This document shows positions 10,883 to 18,948 of a DNA stretch of 19,629 nt, in pieces (position 1 is the first letter of the stretch; each line of letters opens with the position of its first letter). A program made the translations under genes and the position numbers. The DNA comes from an uncultured Nitrososphaeraceae archaeon (lineage in GTDB: Archaea; Thermoproteota; Nitrososphaeria; Nitrososphaerales; Nitrososphaeraceae): contig CAWIMJ010000026.1 of NCBI GenBank assembly GCA_963837175.1, positions 1 to 19,629 on the forward strand. The letters are read 5' to 3'. The notes below the pieces were generated by a model. That model saw only the letters and a program-made list of their open reading frames with translations. It did no database searches and was not told where the DNA came from.

Positions 10883-11706
10883 AGTGGGATGTGGAAAGTT
10901 GGTATACCTATCTTATATCTAGTCTACTATACATTATAGCTAATTATATAGTATTTTCTACACAAAACACAAACTGGATAAACAAAGAAGAACTAAATAT
11001 ATCATCAACACAACTATCGATAGAATATTATAATGTCTTTTCATGCTCGCTAGCCAAGCTTAATATCAAGCTGGATTGATTAAAGAAGAAAATACATCGG
11101 AATTACTTAGGTTTACAATATATCATATGCTATTTCAAATTTGCAAAAATCCAATATATCTTCTACTCTGATAAGACTAACAACATAAACCTCAATACGA
11201 TCAGCATCAGCAGCATATTCATCATTTACACTAGAGTTTTGAGCTACTTATTAATATCTCACGATGGACAGGATTTAGAGCAGAATTACCTGCCCACTAT
11301 TGAAAATCGTGTTTTGTCAGATCATTTGTCATCTCTGTATTACAATATAATCACACAATTATCAGAATGTCTAAAGCGACAGGTGCATTGATTCACAGTC
11401 TTCAGAATTATTAGAGACAGAAGGAATTCTCTATCACAGTAGTAATAAAGTGTCATTATTCTAATGAGCGCATCTTCTAACTAATGTCGTATATATTGCT
11501 ATGGAAACATCCATCATATTCATTATAGTGTCGTGAATTATATTTTCTATAATACCGTTAAAAACTTAAAGTTGAATCAAAAGGCATAACTATAATTTTT
11601 TTCTTGCAGCAGAGCATAGTTTAATAAGACTCTGTTAATGGGATTCTTGTTATTTTTATCGTCTATCATTTTCATTTATTAGCAACATAAATATCTATGC
11701 TGTTCC

Positions 11707-12366
11707 CTACAAAATACCTTTAACTTTTTGGTTTCTTGTTATTTCTTTATTATAGATCGGTGTCAATTTTTGTAACTCATTTAGATATATAATGTATCTT
11801 TTATTAAACCCATTACCATCTGCATCAAAGTATACATCTATATTATTTGGCTCTGTAATTCGTGCAAGCAATGTAAGAAGTTGTCTCACATCATTATCAT
11901 ACTTTAATGAGCTTTCATTCACGATTACAGATAGCAATTGAGTGAGTCTTCCATGCAATCCAAGAAGATAAAGAGAATGTGTAAGATATAATTTGGCATC
12001 CAAGATATCTCCTTCTAATGCTGCCAGACAAAAATCAAACAGAAGATTCCTTAAAGGCAAACCAGATCTACCTATATTTTGTATTTGTTTGTACCGTTGT
12101 TTACCTATTATCTCTTCTACCGATGCATCTTTTAAGAATTTGTTGAAAAGTTTTACAATGTCTTTTAAGCTAACTGTATTTCTTCCTACTTCAATTATAC
12201 CTAATCTTGTTGCAACACCATCTATGTCTTGGAAGTGAAACTGTGAATCCATCGTTGTACCTTTTGAAAGTTTACTATTGCTTAGAATACTACTATCTAT
12301 AGGTATATATTCTATTAACCTCTCTATCTCTTCAAAAATTGCTAATGTCATAAAACCTTCCCACAT
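11707..12366 (-). CDS. Hypothetical protein (219 aa, or 214 aa from the second Met)
   Basis: Long uninterrupted ORF in stop-rich AT DNA with globular, helical composition. No family recognised. Confidence 0.7.
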   Translation of the reverse strand: MWEGFMTLAIFEEIERLIEYIPIDSSILSNSKLSKGTTMDSQFHFQDIDGVATRLGIIEVGRNTVSLKDIVKLFNKFLKDASVEEIIGKQRYKQIQNIGRSGLPLRNLLFDFCLAALEGDILDAKLYLTHSLYLLGLHGRLTQLLSVIVNESSLKYDNDVRQLLTLLARITEPNNIDVYFDADGNGFNKRYIIYLNELQKLTPIYNKEITRNQKVKGIL

Positions 12367-12764
12367 TTATGTTAGTTTTATATTCATTTATTCTCATATT
12401 TCTCATTCTGAATCTCCTGCCTTGAATTATCTATCTGTAGAGAATATGTTATGGATATATTAGCACTTTCAAATGTGCAGATTTAGAAGTTTGTATGCAA
12501 ATATTTCCACAAACCAGAGAATATGTTATTCTGACACCAAATTGCACAAGATATAATATTTTTCGATATTATCATTTGTTTCTCTAACGGTACTTCCTTG
12601 ACTAACCCAAAGTATACGTTAAAATTGTAAAATATAGGCAATAGGTTACATTTTTCTTTGTTTTGCTTATTTCATGTTAAAATTATGCAATACTCGCGTA
12701 GATTAAGCATTTTTGTCATGTTTTTTAGAAAGAATTAACTATCTGCAGTATGTAGTGTCCTTCA

Positions 12765-13118
12765 ATGAATTACACTAAACTTCAAAATCCAAAATACCAA
12801 ACATGCATAGATGTCTGCAATAACTGTATGGAAGCCTGCGAAGCTTGTTGTACAGCTTGTCTTTCTGATGCAAATAATGTTAGCATGATGACAAGATGCA
12901 TAATGATGTGTCGTGATTGTGCTGATATGTGTATGATGACATCTACTATGATGTGTAGAGGCAGTGAATATGTAAGACAGATGTGCAATATGTGTGCTGA
13001 TATGTGTGATGCTTGTGCTATGGAATGTGAAAAATATGGTAACAAGATGGAACAATGTAAGCAATGTGCTGATATGTGTCGTGCATGCGCTCAAGAATGT
13101 AGGAATATGACACGCTAA
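12765..13118 (+). CDS. Four-helix-bundle copper storage protein (Csp3/DUF326 family)
   Basis: 22 Cys in CxxC/CxxxC spacing (CIDVCNNCMEACEAC, CRDCADMC, CADMCDACAMEC, CKQCADMCRACAQEC). No signal peptide, so cytosolic Csp3 type. Confidence 0.92.
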   Translation: MNYTKLQNPKYQTCIDVCNNCMEACEACCTACLSDANNVSMMTRCIMMCRDCADMCMMTSTMMCRGSEYVRQMCNMCADMCDACAMECEKYGNKMEQCKQCADMCRACAQECRNMTR

Positions 13119-13131
13119 TTCTTTTCTTTTT
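13119..13131 (+). terminator. Putative archaeal oligo-T terminator
   Basis: TTCTTTTCTTTTT immediately after the Csp3-like stop codon. Confidence 0.55.
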
Positions 13132-13439
13132 AATTTGTGTTATGCTTTATAAGATCCGATTAAATAATGTAGATAAACTCCAGATATTGTGTTTTTTGAT
13201 CTATCAATCCCAACGTCTTGATCCATCAAAAAATCATATTTGAAAGTAATCGTTATTATTAGTATATCTACATCCCATCGCATTGGACTGGTTTAATCTT
13301 GCTTCTTTTAGAATATTTCTGATGGATATTTAATTACAAATCACTTAATAACATGTTTAAAAGAATAGTTCAGGTTATGAATATCCTAATTATAGTTTAT
13401 TTATCATTTACTGCAAAAAAGGCATGTAATATGTTTACA

Positions 13440-13465
13440 TTGCATATTTGAATCCACTTATATCC
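13440..13465 (+). promoter_or_regulatory. TTGCATATTTGAA motif plus TATA box upstream of the Zn-ribbon gene
   Basis: TTGCATATTTGAATCCACTTATATCC begins 50 nt before ATG 13490 and is 21/26 identical to the ssuA upstream region. Confidence 0.6.
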
Positions 13466-13489
13466 TGGCAGCATATATACATATGATTA

Positions 13490-13831
13490 ATGTCTGTCAT
13501 AGAAGCACTACCACCATCAGTAGAAGACAAAGAACAAATAAGAAAAACGATAAGGACTGTAGAAGAACAGAATGAAAGAAGAAGGAGTGATGCTACAACA
13601 AGACTAAACGTTCAAAATGTTATAACACAAATACAATTCTTATTATGTCAGTCTTGTTTTTGGTGTGCATCTTATATTGGTTTATCAAGCAACGTAAAGA
13701 CAGTCGACTTAATTAAATGTCTAATTTGCAAAAATGGTAAAATAGAATCATTACCAATTGCAAATAATGAACGTTACAAATTTGATCACGATCAGAATTA
13801 TGGAGTGATGCTACAATTCCTCAAAAGATAA
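13490..13831 (+). CDS. Small CxxC...CxxC Zn-ribbon-like hypothetical protein
   Basis: FLLCQSCFWCAS...KCLICKNGKIESLPI...ERYKFDHDQNYGVMLQF, a pattern I recognise from Nitrososphaeraceae paralogue families. TATA box at leaderless distance. Confidence 0.8.
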   Translation: MSVIEALPPSVEDKEQIRKTIRTVEEQNERRRSDATTRLNVQNVITQIQFLLCQSCFWCASYIGLSSNVKTVDLIKCLICKNGKIESLPIANNERYKFDHDQNYGVMLQFLKR

Positions 13832-14964
13832 AGATAAAAGATAAAGAGAGTAGATGATGATTACTAATATTAGTTGTATCAAAGACAAAGGAGTCTGATC
13901 AAACAAATTTAAAGATATATTTTATTTTATTTTTCTATGGTATTATCAACTATTTTTCCATATTTTGACCAAGAGCCGCCATAATTCTTTATGTGTGTGT
14001 TTCAAATAAATATTTTAGAATAAACTAGGTACGTGAAGACTTTGGTTTATTCTGCAGTATGCGATGACTTCATTGCTATGAGTTGTTGGTCTAGATTGAT
14101 CTTCCATCTCCTCTTTGGTTTAATGCGCCCATCAAAGATGATGGCTTGTCCTCAAATTATGCTTTTTCTGCTCTTGAATATGTCATCCAATATGAGAATA
14201 TTATGTCGCATATTCCGGTGAAGTAAAGATTTCTCCGGTAAATTCTTTTTGGTTTCTAACATCGACCAATAATCTTTGTTGCTAAGGATTTCTTTACCTA
14301 TTCGAGAAAGACTCATCTCATATTATTATTGGTTCTGCGGCCTTGAAATTCCTTTGGAATAAGTTGGAAGGTCTTTGATAATTGGCCAAACTTCTTCCAG
14401 CCATTTCTTTTTCTTCGTTAGTCAATCTTTAATTCTTATAGATATAATACTTGAATACCCAGAATGTAATGCTGCAAACCAATTGTTGAAATCTCTAGAC
14501 TATTAACATTGCACCATTGCTGGCATCTGAACTCCAATAATTCCTCACATATTTATCTACTCAGCACAATCATGTTAAGCAGTTCATTAATTTCTTTTTA
14601 CTACTCAAATAAAACAGCTTCTGGATCATTACCTCTTACCTTATAATCTTTTATGTGATTCTCTGCCTACCCTATTAATCTACCAAACTTTGCATAGTCA
14701 GATGTAACCTTTCTGCTTGATTATGCTAAAACTGACATATTGATATGTATATCGGATTTACAATATAAGCTAAGTCAAAAGATGCAAATAAGGGAAAACC
14801 ATGTAATTTCTTGTTTGGTCATTCTAAAATTGATTTACGCAGCTAATAAGTGAACATAAATAAATGGTCTGGGATGGTAAACAGAGTTGCTCTAAACACT
14901 GAATTAGTATATTCATGTTTTTCTATGCTGCATTCTCTATTATGTTCCCAATCGTCATTAATTG

Positions 14965-16089
14965 TTAAAGAACACTATCAATATCTGTTTGTTCTTGTCC
15001 TCCTCCACCAATTGTAGGTAATCCTTTTTCGGATAATACTTCGTCTAATAGTTTCAAATCATATATTCCTGATAAATCAGGTCGTGTTTTTCCTAAAAAT
15101 CCAATATCAAATGCGCTATTAGCTGATTGAAAGAGTGATAATTTAATAGGGTCATATGTTAATTCTAATCTTGCTAAAGATTCTCTTAACTGATCCTCAG
15201 GAATTGCCTGACCGGTAAGTTTTTTGAGCTCGACATTGAATGCTTTTATTGCTTCTTCTTTATGGCTGTTGATCCATTCTGTTTCATCTACATGTGCTGC
15301 CAACAATTTCTTTATCACATCTGGATTGTTTTGAAGATAATCTGTCCTAGCAACTATGTTTGATGTTACAAACTGTCCGTTTGGTGGCCAAAGATCTCTT
15401 TCATCTAAAAATAGTCTCGCATTTGCTTCTTTTATTAACCGTGCACCCCAAGGCTCTGGTACCCATGCACCATCAATCTCTTTCTTTAACATCAGAGTCA
15501 GTATATCAGCAGGTTTTGCAGGTACTACTTCTACATTTCCTCCGTTTTCTTTTGTTTTGTATCCATTATTTAGTAAGTATTTTCTAAGAGCTACATCCTG
15601 AGTATTACCAAGCTGTGGAGAAGCAAATTTTTTATTTGCAAAATCTTTGGTTGATTGTATTCCTGAATCATTTCTAACTACGAAAACTGCTCCTCCACTT
15701 GATGCACCAGAAATTATTCTAAGATCTTTTCCTTGTGAAACAACATATGCATTGATTGCAGGATTGGGACCAACATATGTTACGTCAACTTGCTTTGCGA
15801 ATAATGCCTCCATTGCTGATGGACCTGCGTTGAAAACAAATGTCTTGACCTCAACATTGTCGCCTAAATCTTTCTGAAATGTACCATTCCCCAAACCTAT
15901 TACTGCCTGTGCGTGATTGATATTTGGAAAATAGCCAATCTTCAAAGTTTTCTTTACTACACTGCCTTTTTCTCCACTAATACTAGAGTTATTAGTTTGC
16001 GAAAATGCTGGTGTAGTAGTAGGTATAACAATTGCTGCTACAAGAATAATTGCGGCAGCAGTTATAGCAGATATTGTTTTTATATGCAT
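14965..16089 (-). CDS. ssuA: Aliphatic sulfonate ABC transporter substrate-binding protein (SsuA/NMT1-like)
   Basis: Sec-type signal peptide and motifs LKIGYFPNINHAQAVIG, FNAGPSAMEAL, YVGPNPAIN, ASPQLGNTQDVALR and DGAWVPEPW. Confidence 0.88.
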   Translation of the reverse strand: MHIKTISAITAAAIILVAAIVIPTTTPAFSQTNNSSISGEKGSVVKKTLKIGYFPNINHAQAVIGLGNGTFQKDLGDNVEVKTFVFNAGPSAMEALFAKQVDVTYVGPNPAINAYVVSQGKDLRIISGASSGGAVFVVRNDSGIQSTKDFANKKFASPQLGNTQDVALRKYLLNNGYKTKENGGNVEVVPAKPADILTLMLKKEIDGAWVPEPWGARLIKEANARLFLDERDLWPPNGQFVTSNIVARTDYLQNNPDVIKKLLAAHVDETEWINSHKEEAIKAFNVELKKLTGQAIPEDQLRESLARLELTYDPIKLSLFQSANSAFDIGFLGKTRPDLSGIYDLKLLDEVLSEKGLPTIGGGGQEQTDIDSVL

Positions 16090-16114
16090 ATGACGATAAT
16101 AATTTAATATCAGT

Positions 16115-16140
16115 GTATATGACTGCTTTCAAATATGCAA
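16115..16140 (-). promoter_or_regulatory. TTGCATATTTGAA motif plus TATA-like box upstream of ssuA
   Basis: The minus strand reads TTGCATATTTGAAAGCAGTCATATAC, beginning 51 nt before the ssuA ATG. Confidence 0.6.
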
Positions 16141-16243
16141 ACCCTGAACAATATGCGCAAAAAACTATCATAAATAATATATATTTAGCACGCTTTGCTA
16201 GTATCGCAAGTTCAATATATGTCATTTTAACACATATTATCAA

Positions 16244-17230
16244 TTGCTTGACGACCTAGCCATAAATAGAATAGATAAAAAAAAACCTCGAAAAGAAGGT
16301 TTAACCTTTATAGTAGATAAGATGCAAGGGCTAGATAGAGAAAATCTCGAAATATTAGCACCATTGATAGACGTGGTAAAGATTTATGGTGCGTATCCAT
16401 TATTAATGTCTGAATCTCAGCTAGAGAGGAGAATAAAATTTTATCATGATTTTAATATTTTGGTATCGACTGGAAGTACTATTACAGAATACGCTATTAC
16501 GGAAAGCACTCTTGAGAAATTTGTTAGAGAAGCTGCTAAAGTTGGATTTGATATAATAGAAATTGGCGAAAATAATATTGATCTAAATATAGAACAAAAG
16601 AAAAGGATTACTGATACTATATTATCTATAAATCTTGATTCTCATTGGAAAATAGGCAAAAAGGATCCTCGTCATCAGATTGGAATAGATAAAACACTGT
16701 CAAAGGTTGAAGAAGCACTAACCATAGGTACTGACAAGGTAATACTTGAAGCTAACGAAGGAATCAATGTCGGTATTTATGATGAAAAAGGATTAATAAA
16801 ATGGAATTTTGTAGCAGCGCTTACTTCAAAATATCCACCAAATAGATTTATTTTTGAAGCACCTCTGGAGACTCAGCAATCTGCTTTAATAGCAGAATTT
16901 GGTCAGCGGGTGAATTTAGCTGAGGTTCGTCATGATATTGTTGCATCTGTGGAATCCCAGCGAAGAGGATTTTTATCTAAAGCTTCCTTTGGTGTATCGA
17001 TCCTTCACAAGGAACCAGAAGGTGGACCTGCTTCAAAATTCATTTATTATATAATAAAGACAAAACATCCTATAGAACAAGCAGAGTTGATGCGGCTAAC
17101 TCGTCTGCCTAGACGAACTGTTCAAAGTGCTGTAGACGAACTAAAAGAACAAGGATTGATAGCAGAAAAAAGCAGTCTCGAAGATGCTAGAAGGAGAATT
17201 TATTATCCTATTCAATCAGACTGGATTTAA
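16244..17230 (+). CDS. comA: Phosphosulfolactate synthase (ComA)-like domain fused to a C-terminal winged HTH
   Basis: KPRKEGLTFIVDK, IDVVK, GFDIIEI, IGKKDP, FIFEAP..QQ..LI.EFG..VNLA and RRG match the ComA family. The last ~70 aa (PASKFIYYIIK...IEQAELMRLTRLPRRTVQSAVDELKEQGLI...DARRRIY) form an archaeal MarR/TrmB-like wHTH. TTG start. Confidence 0.88.
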   Translation: MLDDLAINRIDKKKPRKEGLTFIVDKMQGLDRENLEILAPLIDVVKIYGAYPLLMSESQLERRIKFYHDFNILVSTGSTITEYAITESTLEKFVREAAKVGFDIIEIGENNIDLNIEQKKRITDTILSINLDSHWKIGKKDPRHQIGIDKTLSKVEEALTIGTDKVILEANEGINVGIYDEKGLIKWNFVAALTSKYPPNRFIFEAPLETQQSALIAEFGQRVNLAEVRHDIVASVESQRRGFLSKASFGVSILHKEPEGGPASKFIYYIIKTKHPIEQAELMRLTRLPRRTVQSAVDELKEQGLIAEKSSLEDARRRIYYPIQSDWI

Positions 17231-17332
17231 TTGCATAAATATATGACACCACAATAGATACGTGTAATGCCATGAAGTATAGGTATTAGGTTTTAGAGTA
17301 CTAGCTTATTAGAGACACACTCATAAAATAAT

Positions 17333-17599
17333 ATGATGTCAGATTCAGGATGTAAACATCTTAAATTAATTCAAGAACACGTAAAGCCTAGTGCAGATGG
17401 CTGTGAGGACTGTCTTAAAATTGGTGATTCTTGGGTTCATTTGCGTCTTTGTCTTATTTGTGGCCATGTAGGATGTTGTGACTCGTCAAAGAATAAACAT
17501 GCGACTAAACATTTCCATTCAACAGAACATCCGATTGTCCAATCTTTTGAACCTAATGAAAATTGGAGATGGTGTTTTGTGGATCAGACATTTCTTTAG
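17333..17599 (+). CDS. Stand-alone UBP-type zinc finger (zf-UBP) protein
   Basis: CKHL...GCEDCLKIGDSWVHLRLCLICGHVGCCDSSKNKHATKHF...HPIVQSFEPNENWRWCFVD. Confidence 0.92.
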   Translation: MMSDSGCKHLKLIQEHVKPSADGCEDCLKIGDSWVHLRLCLICGHVGCCDSSKNKHATKHFHSTEHPIVQSFEPNENWRWCFVDQTFL

Positions 17600-17871
17600 C
17601 ACACACCGAAGGTTGTAGATGTCCTGAATAAAAATCCAAAATTCAAGATTTGGAATCTAGGTCTTGGTGTCATAGCTTTTGCTGCACTTTTTAATTACTT
17701 GTTAATTCATTCATGCATAGCACAAAAATTTCCCAAACCTGGAGTACCATAACTTTGCATTTATTATCATGCAAAGATAAAATCATACTCACCGTCACTA
17801 TTAGCGGTCTCCTACTGAAAAAATCATTATCATCACCACATGCAAGAGCCGACCATCTGGTGTAGGAATGG

Positions 17872-18270
17872 AGGAAACAAATGCAGACCCTATCCATAGA
17901 TATACAAACAAAGATTCTCAATAAGTTGGATGAAAGAATACATTGACTTACCCAGACTATGGTTGAGCGACCAGAACTAATTAATTAAAGTAATAAGCAA
18001 TATCCAGCAAACTATTCTTCACCAGATATATCATTTTCTTATCATATCCTATACACATTTGCACATGTTTTCCATATGCGTCAAAGAGGGGTTGTAGGTA
18101 TTAATGAATTGAATGGATGGTTACGGCGGATTAAAAGCGTCTTTAAATAAGGCATGATAGCAGATATTTGGAAAACTATAGATGCAGAGAAATGATTTGA
18201 TGCTGCCTTTGAGGAATTCATTAATAGGGAATTAGCACCTGTGGCTACTAAAAAATACTCAAACCCATAG
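17872..18270 (+). pseudogene. Degraded conserved hypothetical protein
   Basis: Manual translation: RKQMQTLSIDIQTKILNKLDERIH*LTQTMVERPELI...SPDISFSYHILYTFAHVFHMRQRGVV...GWLRRIKSVFK*GMIADIWKTIDAEK*FDAAFEEFINRELAP. Several in-frame stops and no 5' end. Confidence 0.65.
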
Positions 18271-18337
18271 TGACAGATACTATTTTACAAGATTTTATTA
18301 ATCGTATTCATTGATATTTATTCAGCTGAAGTTGAAC

Positions 18338-18747
18338 CTACTTCTTGATTGTTCGATAAAGTTTTTTAAATTCTTGATAAGACTTGGAATCTCTTTCATC
18401 TACTTATGCAATTTTCAGGAATGTGTCTTCGTAATATTTGACTATAGTAGGTTAGATGTGTTCTATCATCTTCGTATCACTAATCACTTTTTCATTGACT
18501 ATAAATGAAAGCCAGTTCACACTATTAAATGTGCGAGAATACCATTGACTCCTAGCATAGTCATATTGAGATCCTAAAGGTAATTTAGCGAGCTCGCGAT
18601 CCAAATCTCTAGATTATTGAAAATATTATTTGACAATGTAATCTGATTTAGTCTTTTCGTAAGCCGAAATGTTACGATAGTATAAAATAATGCTATTGCG
18701 TATATTCCAGCGGTAATAATCTGAAAGTATTCAGAAGGTATTACCAT
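18338..18747 (-). pseudogene. Degraded single-TM-anchored hypothetical protein
   Basis: MVIPSEYFQIITAGIYAIALFYTIVTFRLTKRLNQITLSNNIFNNL /shift/ DLDRELAKLPLGSQYDYARSQWYSRTFNSVNWLSFIVNEKVISDTKMIEHI*PTIVKYYEDTFLKIA*VDERDSKSYQEFKKLYRTIKK*. Confidence 0.65.
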
Positions 18748-18948
18748 GTGTGGATTTAGAGAATAGCATGATTTTAGATTTAGGTTTTTTAATTGACTAC
18801 GTCTTTATCTGTAGCGGAAGTTCAGTATCATATGAATCAAACAGTCTCCAGAAATACCTTTACTAGGATCGTCGGATCGGTGAGCACATTTAGATTGGGT
18901 TGAGTTATTCTTGGATGATTCAAAGATAGTGTTTTCTTACTACTGCTA

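Noticed and set aside
12918-13079. Three copies of TGTGCTGATATGTGT
   Set aside because: Explained by the repeated CADMC peptide within the Csp3-like gene.
14000-14740. Protein-like fragments on the minus strand downstream of ssuA (possible ssuB/ssuC remains)
   Set aside because: Many stops and shifts, with no Walker A, LSGG or permease motif. Function cannot be assigned.
5015-16259. Many overlapping short ORFs in the track (e.g. 5015-5335, 6036-6750, 9240-9769, 11993-12238, 12762-13094, 15356-16259)
   Set aside because: They are antisense or off-frame shadows of better-supported genes, or cross the divergent promoter.
16244-17230. Evidence for methanogenesis or a complete coenzyme M pathway
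   Set aside because: Only a diverged comA-like gene is present. ComA homologues occur widely outside methanogens and no other pathway genes are in the window.
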